DNA of 43,655 nt, from contig JAZSHA010000019.1 in assembly GCA_045533025.1 (NCBI GenBank), positions 1 through 43,655 of the forward strand. The letters run 5' to 3'. Origin of the DNA: Oscillospiraceae bacterium (lineage in GTDB: Bacteria; Bacillota; Clostridia; Oscillospirales; Ruminococcaceae). The notes beneath the pieces are model-generated. The model was not told the origin of the DNA. It worked only from the letters and a program-made list of their open reading frames with translations, and did not search any database. A program made the position numbers and the translations under genes. Shown here in pieces: positions 7,880 through 15,959 of this stretch (its first letter is position 1; each line of letters begins with the position of its first letter).

Positions 7880-9883
7880 TTATTCAGCAGCTTCTTCTCT
7901 GTTCTTCTTGTTTGCATAAAGCATTGTAAGGAAGGAAGCAATTGCAGCAGCTGCTGCGCCTCTTGGAAGAGCCATGCTGTTACCTGTTGTTGGGTTGTCA
8001 GTTGCACCGTCAACGAGAAGTGGGTCATCACCGAGAGGAACATCGCCGTCCTCAAAGCTTTCCAGTGGGTCATTGCCAAGTGGAACATCGCTGTCATCAA
8101 AATCGACAAGGTTATCTGTATTGTTTGCATCAACAGAAGTGTTGTTTTCAGCAGGTACAGTCGGAGCTGGAGCAACTGTATCGGCATCAGAAACTGTATC
8201 ATTTACAACAGGAGCTGATGGGATAGTTGCGTTTGGTGTACTTGTATTTGGTACACTTGGAGCTGTAGGTGCTGTAGGTGCTGTTGGTGCACTTGGAACA
8301 CTTGGTGCTGTAGGAACACTTGGAATTACAGGAGTGCTTGGTGTGCTTGGTGTTTCAGGCACAATTGGTGTTGCAGGAACATCAACATCAGGTGTTGTTG
8401 GAATAGTTGTATCAGGTGTGCTTGGAGCAACATCTGGTGTTGTTGGAATAGTTGTATCAGGTGTGCTTGGTGTTACAGGCGCATCAACATTTGGTGTATT
8501 TGGAACAACAGGGTCAATCGGGTCAACAAGGTCGAGAATGTTATCGCCTGTTGGTTCGTCGCCAGTATTGTCGCCGCCAGTTGTGTTGGAACCACCTTCT
8601 GGTGTAGAGCCACCTTCTGAACCTGTTTCTGGATCAGTTTTTGGATCTGAGTCTGGATCCTCAAACGGATCACTGCCTGTTGGAATATCGCTATCATCGA
8701 TTTCTTCAAGCTGGAGGTCACCGTGGAAATCCCATCTGTGAGACTCGCCGCCGATTGTTACATTCTGGGCAATAACGTTACCATCAAAATTAGCTCCGAA
8801 AGTAACATCAGCATCAGGAGCAAGAACACAGCCTGAGAAAACATTATTTATAGCAATATTGCTTGTGTTGATGAAATTCCAAAGGATTCTGGAATCGGTA
8901 AAATTAGTTACTTCATCATTTTTACGCTCGGTTCCATCCTCATAATAAACCTTAACCTGGCTATTGATTACAACATCTGTGCCCTCGCCGTCAACATTAA
9001 TGAGAAGAGTCTGGTCGCTGTCATCATCGCAGCCAACAAGATTGCGGATGTTAAACAAAGCAATATTCGCAAAGTCAGAAGCCTTCATATTAACAACGCT
9101 GAGACCATCTTCATTGATTACAATATAAGAATTGTTCATATCGCTGAAGTCAGTATCGGTTTCTGTTTCTGTATATTCCGCAAGAACATCAGAAAGATTA
9201 TCATACACCTTCATTTCAGCATCAAGGTCAATATACTTTGTACCTTCCTGCTCAATGAAAATATTATCCTTGTTGTTTTCGGAATAGATTTCGTTTCCTT
9301 CTGAATCAACAACCATATAACCGTTTTCATTGTTATACTCTTCGATTGCAACATCAGAACCCAAAACAATGGTCATATCTGTATTTGTTCGATTGATCTT
9401 AGTGTCAACATTTTCAATATAGACAATATCCGCTTCATATAAATCATCTGTGCCGAAGTTTTTATCAGAACCAAGCTTGTTAGCAGCAATATTACCATTT
9501 ACATGAGCATTGTTTTCAACAGTACCGTTAGTAAAGATATGGAAGTTATTAGCGATACCAAGCTCTGCGTCCTTATCATAGAAAGAAGAGTCGTAATAAG
9601 TTTCGCCGATAGCCATACCATTGGAATTAACAAGCTCTGCACCTGTTTCGGGGATAACGTCCTGACTTGTAACGATATCGCCCTTATCATCGCCTGCTTC
9701 TTCGACATCAGAAAACTCATCGCCACCGTCTTCTGCCTGACGACTCATCTGTGTTCCTGCAGCTGTTGCAGTTTCAGCAATCTCAGCAGCACTTGCAGTA
9801 GGAGACTGAGCAGCGAACATACTCATTGCAAAGGTAAATGCGGCAACGGATTTAATTAATGTTTTTTTCTTGTTGTTATCCAT
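7880..9883 (-). CDS. Cell-surface protein: choice-of-anchor-A domain, Pro/Thr-rich repeats and a C-terminal sorting-signal-like tail
   Basis: The start is refined to ATG 9883, with GGGAGGA 7 nt upstream. Signal peptide KTLIKSVAAFTFAMSMFAAQSPTASA. Choice-of-anchor-A hallmarks: LGIANNFHIFTNGTVENNAHVNGNIAANKLG, and later GCVLAPDADVTFGANFDGNVIAQNVTIGGESHRWDFHG. The C-terminus has NPTTG, then a hydrophobic stretch, then KKNR. Confidence 0.85.
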   Translation of the reverse strand: MDNNKKKTLIKSVAAFTFAMSMFAAQSPTASAAEIAETATAAGTQMSRQAEDGGDEFSDVEEAGDDKGDIVTSQDVIPETGAELVNSNGMAIGETYYDSSFYDKDAELGIANNFHIFTNGTVENNAHVNGNIAANKLGSDKNFGTDDLYEADIVYIENVDTKINRTNTDMTIVLGSDVAIEEYNNENGYMVVDSEGNEIYSENNKDNIFIEQEGTKYIDLDAEMKVYDNLSDVLAEYTETETDTDFSDMNNSYIVINEDGLSVVNMKASDFANIALFNIRNLVGCDDDSDQTLLINVDGEGTDVVINSQVKVYYEDGTERKNDEVTNFTDSRILWNFINTSNIAINNVFSGCVLAPDADVTFGANFDGNVIAQNVTIGGESHRWDFHGDLQLEEIDDSDIPTGSDPFEDPDSDPKTDPETGSEGGSTPEGGSNTTGGDNTGDEPTGDNILDLVDPIDPVVPNTPNVDAPVTPSTPDTTIPTTPDVAPSTPDTTIPTTPDVDVPATPIVPETPSTPSTPVIPSVPTAPSVPSAPTAPTAPTAPSVPNTSTPNATIPSAPVVNDTVSDADTVAPAPTVPAENNTSVDANNTDNLVDFDDSDVPLGNDPLESFEDGDVPLGDDPLLVDGATDNPTTGNSMALPRGAAAAAIASFLTMLYANKKNREEAAE
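8391..8480 (-). repeat. Two tandem 45-bp copies inside the surface-protein gene (encoding STPDTTIPTTPDV-type repeats)
   Basis: Copy 8391-8435 and copy 8436-8480 match at 42 of 45 positions by my alignment. Adjacent 9-nt GGTGCTGTA-like microrepeats at about 8250-8330 encode the APTAPTAPS stretch. Confidence 0.8.
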
Positions 9884-9919
9884 TGTAGTATCCTCCCATA
9901 AAATTACAAAATTCAATAT

Positions 9920-9949
9920 ATTATACGAACTGATATTAACCTACTTTAA
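9920..9949 (-). promoter_or_regulatory. Candidate promoter for the surface-protein gene
   Basis: Minus strand: TTAAAG (9949-9944), 18-nt spacer, TATAAT (9925-9920). This lies about 35 nt upstream of the ribosome-binding site. Confidence 0.4.
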
Positions 9950-10075
9950 CTATAAAAATTATATCATGAAAACTATAAAAAATCTACACTTTTTTCTCCG
10001 AATAATTAACAATTATTTAATACCCTTTTATACATTATATACAAAAAACCGTTTACACGTTGAAACATCAACATT

Positions 10076-11131
10076 TCAATTGTTGACACGCTTTGCCATG
10101 ATATCCTGATTATACGCATAATTTACAGCCGTCTCCGCTGTAATAATTCCGTCACGATATAATTTCAGCAACGAGCTGTCCATAGTCTGCATCTCAGGCT
10201 CGGACTGGAGCACGGTATCAATTTGGTGGGTTTTCTGCTCTCGTATCATTGTGCGGATTGCGTTATTCACAACCATAATTTCAAACGCAGGCACAAGTCC
10301 TCCATCAACAGCAGGTACAAGCTGCTGTGAAACAACTGCACGAAGCACCATAGAAAGCTGAATTCTGATTTGATGCTGCTGATTTGTAGGGAACACATCG
10401 ATAATTCTGTCCACAGTATTCGCTGCGCCGTTTGTATGGAGCGTGGAGAGCACAAGCTGACCAGTTTCAGCCGCTGTCATAGCTATATTGATTGTTTCAA
10501 AGTCACGCATTTCACCCAGCAGAATTACATTCGGTGACTGACGAAGCGCTGCTCTCAAAGCGTCAACGTAGCTGCCCGTATCAATACCGATTTCACGCTG
10601 GCTGATAATACATTTTTTATGCTTATGCAGGAATTCGATTGGGTCTTCTATAGTTATTATATGCCCCTCAGCGGTAGAATTGATTTTGTCAATCATACAC
10701 GACAGCGTGGTTGACTTGCCGTTTCCTGCCGCACCTGTAACAAGCACAATGCCGCCTTTCAGCTCGGAAAGGTTCATTACGCTGTCAGGGATGCCAAGCT
10801 TTGAGCTGTCGGGGAGCTCAAACGGAACACATCTGAGAACAGCCGAAAAGGAGCCTCTCTGACGGTATATATTGGCTCTGAAACGTCCTGTTCCCTTTAT
10901 AGAAAACGAGAAGTCCATTTCGCTTTTCAGGTCATCAGGGCTGGTAATATCAATCTGCGCAAGTGAAAAAATCTCAAAAACAGCAAGCCTTGTATCGTCG
11001 GGCATAAGTATATCACCGCCTGCCGAAACAACACGTCCGTTGATTTTATATGCAAGCGCCGCACCCGAAATCATAAAGATGTCGGAAGCCTCCTTCTTTA
11101 CAGCGTCAACAAGAATTTCCTTTATATCCAT
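10076..11131 (-). CDS. pilT: PilT-family type IV pilus ATPase (retraction-type hexameric ATPase)
   Basis: 351 aa. Walker A GAAGNGKST, Asp box IITIEDPIEF, Walker B VILLGEMRD, His box STLHT, and the PilT-signature-like AIRTMIREQK (compare AIRNLIRE). Confidence 0.88.
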   Translation of the reverse strand: MDIKEILVDAVKKEASDIFMISGAALAYKINGRVVSAGGDILMPDDTRLAVFEIFSLAQIDITSPDDLKSEMDFSFSIKGTGRFRANIYRQRGSFSAVLRCVPFELPDSSKLGIPDSVMNLSELKGGIVLVTGAAGNGKSTTLSCMIDKINSTAEGHIITIEDPIEFLHKHKKCIISQREIGIDTGSYVDALRAALRQSPNVILLGEMRDFETINIAMTAAETGQLVLSTLHTNGAANTVDRIIDVFPTNQQHQIRIQLSMVLRAVVSQQLVPAVDGGLVPAFEIMVVNNAIRTMIREQKTHQIDTVLQSEPEMQTMDSSLLKLYRDGIITAETAVNYAYNQDIMAKRVNN

Positions 11132-11148
11132 CGTTCAAAATCTCCAAT

Positions 11149-11604
11149 CTATTCTCCGAGCCATACATTCAAAGGCTCTTCCTCTAGCTCATCACCCTGT
11201 ATTGTTCTCCAATCCGTAATATCAGCACCATTGTCTGAAATGGTTACAGCTGAATATATGCTCTGCCTTTCATTTATTTCGGTTGTCCAGCTTATTTCAA
11301 TTCTGTCAAAGTAGCTTTCATAGCTTGCTCCCTCAATTCCGTCAAGCTCCTCAAGAAGCATAAAATCGCTGTAATCCTCATACTCGGAAACAATTTCCGC
11401 AACCCTTGCAAGAGTCTGCTTCGCGCGGGTATCAGCTTCGTAATACGCCTTTGTGTATGCCGCACTTTTTTCGCTGTATTTTCCTTCGGACTCAGCTGCC
11501 GAAAATGAAAGCGCAGCAAGAATTGTCAGACACAGCACCACAAAAATCATCATCAGTGACAAATAGCCCGTGCCGATACCTGCGGGACGTGTTTTATTCT
11601 TCAT
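11149..11604 (-). CDS. Small N-terminally anchored protein, pseudopilin-like architecture (d)
   Basis: Start taken at MKNKTRPAGIGTGYLSLMMIFVVLCLTILAAL, with an 11-nt overlap with the upstream stop. One N-terminal hydrophobic helix and an acidic domain of about 110 aa. No G|FTLxE motif. Confidence 0.55.
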   Translation of the reverse strand: MKNKTRPAGIGTGYLSLMMIFVVLCLTILAALSFSAAESEGKYSEKSAAYTKAYYEADTRAKQTLARVAEIVSEYEDYSDFMLLEELDGIEGASYESYFDRIEISWTTEINERQSIYSAVTISDNGADITDWRTIQGDELEEEPLNVWLGE

Positions 11605-12076
11605 CGAAAAGCACCGTCCTTTCTGGAATATATGAAGCCGCATTTATCTCGTACAGCATATTTCCGTCGCTATCCTTGAAGAAAATATGAGCCGTTTTGT
11701 ATCTGCCTTCATATTCGCTGTATGTAACCTGCATTGTCATAAAAATTTCGGCATCCTTCATATAGGAATAGGTGCAATCATCGTTCAGAGGGACATCAAT
11801 TCTTGTTGCTTCCTCAAAGCTTTCAGAGTCAATTCCGAACAGCTTCTCAGCCGTCTCTGAAATGCTGCCTGTTTCGGAGAAAAGCTCCGCCGCTGACTGT
11901 GCACAGAAAGCCATTCTTTCGAGCCTTATATTTTCAGCAGACATTCTGTCCGCTGCTACAAATGCTTTCAGAATTACCGCCGAGGCAATGCCGAAAAACA
12001 ACAACACAATAATCATTTCCAACAGGAAAAGATTCAGCCTTCCGCCCCTTGACACTGTTTTTATGAGACTACGCAT
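11594..12076 (-). CDS. Small N-terminally anchored protein with a degenerate prepilin-like N-terminus (c)
   Basis: Start refined to ATG 12076, with GGAGGTGA 5 nt upstream. MRSLIKTVSRGGRLNLFLLEMIIVLLFFGIASAV contains Gly-Gly and a Glu inside the hydrophobic helix, but not at canonical spacing. Confidence 0.6.
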   Translation of the reverse strand: MRSLIKTVSRGGRLNLFLLEMIIVLLFFGIASAVILKAFVAADRMSAENIRLERMAFCAQSAAELFSETGSISETAEKLFGIDSESFEEATRIDVPLNDDCTYSYMKDAEIFMTMQVTYSEYEGRYKTAHIFFKDSDGNMLYEINAASYIPERTVLFDEE

Positions 12077-12539
12077 TTCCGTCACCTCCGTCTGTCTTTC
12101 GGCAGTACGCTTCAAAGCTGCTGCCATTATCGTCGGTAACGCTTACGAAAATCAAACCGTGTTTATCCTTCATTGACAGGATTTCCGCCTCAAATAGCTC
12201 CTCGCCGCCCTCAGCAACAATGATATCACCCTCTACAAAAAGGCGCTCGTAAACCTTGCCATTTTGCTGATAAATAAGGGTACAATACCCCGTATTTTCC
12301 AGCAGCAGCTGATTTTCGTCAAGTATCTCCGCACCTTCACTTGCACGGATTTTATTTGTTATGTAACGCACCGCCGCTGTCGAATTGAAGGTGCTGCCGT
12401 AATTATCGTTGATACGGCTGTAGGCTGAGGCAGCAACCGCAATCATCACCAGACAGCATACCGCAAAAAGCAGAAACAGCGTCATATTCGCCGCCGAGCT
12501 GATTGTTTCTGTCATACGCTTTGTTTCAGGTCTGTCCAT
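12069..12539 (-). CDS. Small N-terminally anchored protein, pseudopilin-like architecture (b)
   Basis: 156-aa ORF; ISSAANMTLFLLFAVCCLVMIAVAASAY hydrophobic helix followed by a soluble domain of about 110 aa. Weak ribosome-binding site, so the start is uncertain. Confidence 0.55.
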   Translation of the reverse strand: MDRPETKRMTETISSAANMTLFLLFAVCCLVMIAVAASAYSRINDNYGSTFNSTAAVRYITNKIRASEGAEILDENQLLLENTGYCTLIYQQNGKVYERLFVEGDIIVAEGGEELFEAEILSMKDKHGLIFVSVTDDNGSSFEAYCRKTDGGDGNA

Positions 12540-12614
12540 AATCTATAACCATTTTCCCGACAGGAAAATGCACTCCTTTCCGGCATTTTGTAAACTGTCC
12601 CGACCTATTCGGGA

Positions 12615-12926
12615 TTACTCCGACTTTTCAGCAACAACTACCGTCGGACGAATATTTGCGCCGAAATATCTGTAATCAACTATATATTTATCACTGTCAA
12701 CAATTACACCGTAATTCTCTTTCAGATAATCAAGGTCGGAAGGATACTCCCCTTCTATCGAGTAGCAAAGAACAGCTCCGTTCATAACCGTGCTGTAAAC
12801 CGAGTCCGTGCGCTTTCTGTCAGCCGCATTATCGGCGTTGCCTACCGAAACCACAAACCATACAACCACCAGCGCAAAAAGAATTACCGAAAGAATTGTC
12901 AGCCTGCTGATACGCTTTTTTCCCAT
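12615..12926 (-). CDS. Small N-terminally anchored protein (a), first gene after the platform gene
   Basis: Start refined to ATG 12926, with AAGGAG 8 nt upstream. MGKKRISRLTILSVILFALVVVWFVVSV helix plus a domain of about 70 aa. Confidence 0.55.
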   Translation of the reverse strand: MGKKRISRLTILSVILFALVVVWFVVSVGNADNAADRKRTDSVYSTVMNGAVLCYSIEGEYPSDLDYLKENYGVIVDSDKYIVDYRYFGANIRPTVVVAEKSE

Positions 12927-12943
12927 TTCAAGCACTCCTTAAA

Positions 12944-13987
12944 TCAACCGACCGTTGTGATTATGTCCGTCATAGGGAGCATTACCGCCAGCAAAACCGA
13001 ACCGATAATTACTGCAAGAATACCAATTATTGCAGGTTCGATAAAGGAAACTGCTCCGTAGATTTTTCTGTCGCATTCCTGAGTAAACCGCTCACTGATT
13101 TTCTGCCACGCCGAGTCAAAGGAACCTGACTTATACGCAACCTTCAGCGAGTGTGCAAAAACAGATGGAAGAAGCTTTGATTTTGCAATTGCTTCAGCAA
13201 ACTTTTCCCCGTCAAGAACCAGCTTTTCGCACTCCTTGATACGCTTGCGAACCATCTTGTTTTCCGTTAATTCATACACCATTTCCAATGACTGTTCGGG
13301 AGAAATTCCGCAGGAAACCATCATACTGATAGCATTTGTAATATCAGCCATAGCCATAGTCTCAGCAAGTCCCCTTGTAAGTATAAAATTGGAAACAATG
13401 CTGTACAACCACTTTCTTGCCGACGGAATTCGTGTCAACAGTGCTGTAACAAGAGTTATAACCAGCACAGCAGCAAGAACAATCATTACACCGACGCCAA
13501 GGCTGTATGCAAAGGAAATGCTGCCCTCAACCGCCGCTGCCGCGCTGTCATCAAACTGAAAGAAAATATCCCTGAACATAGGAATAATCTTGATAACCAT
13601 AACAATAATAACAACAGTCATCATCGCCAACAGCATAAGCGGGTGAGAAACCGAGCTTTTGATTGTCTGCCGCAGTTCGGCACGCTTTGAATAATAATCG
13701 GAAAGCCCATTGAGAGCGTCCTCCAAACGTCCTGTAAGAGCGCCGATTTTAACCATTTTTACCGCGTAATCAGGAAAAATTCCCGACTTATCCATAGCAT
13801 CAAAAAGAGTTATATCATCCTTCATAAGTTCCGTCAGAACATCGGAAATTTCCTTGAAGCGCTTATCGCCTGCATCTTCAGAAAGCACCTCTATACCGTC
13901 AGCAATAGGTATACCTGCCTCCATAAGCATAGCAAGCTGTTCGCAGAAAAAAGCTGTCTCCTCATTTGTAAGCATTTTAATAGCCAT
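12944..13987 (-). CDS. PilC/GspF-family (T2SS F) polytopic platform protein
   Basis: Start refined to ATG 13987, with AGGAGG 9 nt upstream. The track ORF extends to 14107 but overlaps the upstream gene. Two T2SSF-like repeats (FFCEQLAMLMEAGIPIADGIEVL and AISMMVSCGISPEQSLEMV), each followed by TM segments. Confidence 0.85.
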   Translation of the reverse strand: MAIKMLTNEETAFFCEQLAMLMEAGIPIADGIEVLSEDAGDKRFKEISDVLTELMKDDITLFDAMDKSGIFPDYAVKMVKIGALTGRLEDALNGLSDYYSKRAELRQTIKSSVSHPLMLLAMMTVVIIVMVIKIIPMFRDIFFQFDDSAAAAVEGSISFAYSLGVGVMIVLAAVLVITLVTALLTRIPSARKWLYSIVSNFILTRGLAETMAMADITNAISMMVSCGISPEQSLEMVYELTENKMVRKRIKECEKLVLDGEKFAEAIAKSKLLPSVFAHSLKVAYKSGSFDSAWQKISERFTQECDRKIYGAVSFIEPAIIGILAVIIGSVLLAVMLPMTDIITTVG

Positions 13988-14009
13988 CTTAGATTTCCTC
14001 CTCATTACG

Positions 14010-15230
14010 TCAATATCTGTACATAGCGGAATAATTGCTGTCATCTTCAATGTAATCCGCAATTTTTTCTTTATCGGGATTGCCTGCATAAAAGGTTGCA
14101 TCGGCAATATTGTAGCCCTTTTTCTTCAGGAAAAGCTCAGGAGTTATCCAGCCTGTTTCGTCAATGTAAACCTCATTCCAGGCGTGATAGATATCAGGCT
14201 CTGCATAGCCTATCACAAGCCTTGTGGGTATCCCCTGAGAACGGCACATCGCCGCCATAAGCGAAGCATAATCAAAGCATATTCCCGTTCCCAGCTTCAA
14301 GGTCTTGTCAGGGTCGGGAATGTAACCGCTTTTCACTGTAGCCGCAAGCTGCTTGTCATATTTGGTGTTACCTGCGACATATCCGAATATTTCCGCTATT
14401 TTTTCAACTTCTTCATCAATCCCTGCACAAAGCTCAGCCGCTTTTTTCACAGCGTTTGAGCTGCTGTCGAAATTAACGTATTTATTGGGGTAAAGATACA
14501 TTCCTGTCGAGCTTTTTATCTTCACATCAAACTCAGCCGAAACAGCCTCTCCGTAGCTTTTCCCTACCACAAGCTCGTAAATCTTCACCGAATAGCTGCC
14601 GCTTTCCATAAGAGGAAAAAACTCTCTTGTTCCATCGGCGGCAAGGTCGTGGTCATACTGCAAATCGCCGCATTTTATCCTTAGCTTTGCACGTGTACTT
14701 TTACCCGTGTAAACAGCCGAAATATATCCCTCATTCGCACAGCTGAAATCAATCTCACCCTTATCGTTTGTTTCAGCCTTTGAGCCGCTTGCAAGGGGGA
14801 TTTTTATTTCGGGAATTACAACCTCTGCCTTTGGCTTTTCGGTTACTTTTTCTGTTGTAGTTTGCTCTGTTGTCGGTACAGTAGTTTCAACTGTAGTCTG
14901 CACTGTTGTTTCCGACTCCATAACAGAAGCAACCGTCTCTGACGGTGTTGTCTCCGTTACTGACGTTTCCGTTGCTGTTATTTCGGAAACTGTCTCCGTA
15001 ACAGACTGCTCTGACGTTTCAGACACCGTCTCAGTCATTTCTGTTGGAGTTTCAGAAGCTGTCTCAGATTTTTCGGCAGTTTGTGTAAAGGTTTCCGCTT
15101 CTGTTTCCGTAACGACAGTTACACTTAACGAAGTGCTTTCAGACACGCTTGCAGTTGACGTATCACCGCTGCACGCCGAAAGCATAAAAACGCAAAGGGA
15201 GAGCATCATACACAACAAGACTCTGCGCAT
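14010..15230 (-). CDS. Lipoprotein with Thr/Glu/Ser-rich linker, beta-rich middle region and C-terminal transglutaminase-like cysteine protease core
   Basis: Lipobox MLSAC|SGD. Low-complexity TETVSETSEQSVTETVSEITATETSVTETTPSETV. TGase core GTGICFDYASLMAAMCRSQGIPTRLVIGY....YHAWNEVY (Cys and His recognisable). Confidence 0.85.
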   Translation of the reverse strand: MRRVLLCMMLSLCVFMLSACSGDTSTASVSESTSLSVTVVTETEAETFTQTAEKSETASETPTEMTETVSETSEQSVTETVSEITATETSVTETTPSETVASVMESETTVQTTVETTVPTTEQTTTEKVTEKPKAEVVIPEIKIPLASGSKAETNDKGEIDFSCANEGYISAVYTGKSTRAKLRIKCGDLQYDHDLAADGTREFFPLMESGSYSVKIYELVVGKSYGEAVSAEFDVKIKSSTGMYLYPNKYVNFDSSSNAVKKAAELCAGIDEEVEKIAEIFGYVAGNTKYDKQLAATVKSGYIPDPDKTLKLGTGICFDYASLMAAMCRSQGIPTRLVIGYAEPDIYHAWNEVYIDETGWITPELFLKKKGYNIADATFYAGNPDKEKIADYIEDDSNYSAMYRY

Positions 15231-15249
15231 AATTTCTCTCCCTCCTTTA

Positions 15250-15924
15250 TTATTTATTTCTTGAATTTATGGTAGTGTGAATATCCTGCATCTCATAATC
15301 AATTACAGAAATCTCATCAGCACATTTTTTCAATCTCTCGTGCAGGTCATCATCAACTGCATTGTTTGTTTTGTATTTCAGCTTATGCTCAAGGCTTGCC
15401 CAGAAATCCATAGCAATTGTGCGTATCTGTATCTCAACAGGCATACGCACAGGACCCGTTGACAAAAAAACAGGAACCTCAACAATGAGGTGCAGACTTT
15501 TGTAGCCTGATGGCTTAGGATTTTTTATATAATCCCTCATCTGAAGCACTGTCACATCGTCCTGTGCCATAAGCATTTCCGCAACACGGTATATATCATC
15601 AATGTAATTGCAGATAACCCTTATTCCTGCAATATCTGTGATATTCGCCGTTATTGAATCAATACTTACCTCAAGCCCCTTGGACTTGATTTTCTGAACA
15701 ATGCTGGGCATAGATTTTAACCTTGACTCAATGTTGTGTATGGGGTTATAGGAAAACTTTGATTTGAATTCTTCATCGAGAATTTCAAGCTTTGTGCGGA
15801 CTTCCTTTATTCCGCCTTGATACAACTGCATACGGGCAGCAAATTTTTTCATTATCTGTTCCAGCTCCGAGCCTTCGGGAACGTCTACCAGCTCGTCAAG
15901 TCTGTACATTGCTTCATCAATCAT
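15250..15924 (-). CDS. Small alarmone synthetase (RelP/RelQ-type GTP pyrophosphokinase)
   Basis: 224 aa. DIAGIRVICNYIDDIY, GYKSLHLIVEVPV and VEIQIRTIAMDFWASLEHKLKYK closely follow the pattern I recall for Bacillus YwaC/YjbM-type synthetases. Confidence 0.9.
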   Translation of the reverse strand: MIDEAMYRLDELVDVPEGSELEQIMKKFAARMQLYQGGIKEVRTKLEILDEEFKSKFSYNPIHNIESRLKSMPSIVQKIKSKGLEVSIDSITANITDIAGIRVICNYIDDIYRVAEMLMAQDDVTVLQMRDYIKNPKPSGYKSLHLIVEVPVFLSTGPVRMPVEIQIRTIAMDFWASLEHKLKYKTNNAVDDDLHERLKKCADEISVIDYEMQDIHTTINSRNK

Positions 15925-15959
15925 TTTTATCGTCCTTTTGCATAATATTTCCCAGCATC

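Noticed and set aside
7974-8741. 255-aa plus-strand Gly/Val/Ser-rich ORF, plus other plus-strand ORFs within 7942-9859
   Set aside because: Complement of the Pro/Thr repeat region of the surface-protein gene. It stays open only because of the repeat composition.
13988-14107. 5' extension of the PilC-like ORF
   Set aside because: It overlaps the end of the TGase lipoprotein gene. ATG 13987 has a perfect AGGAGG ribosome-binding site, and the T2SSF domain begins right after it.
15250-15924. The small alarmone synthetase as a toxSAS toxin-antitoxin or defence module
   Set aside because: Its length and motifs match housekeeping RelP/RelQ enzymes, and there is no small adjacent antitoxin-like ORF. 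The next gene is a 406-aa lipoprotein.
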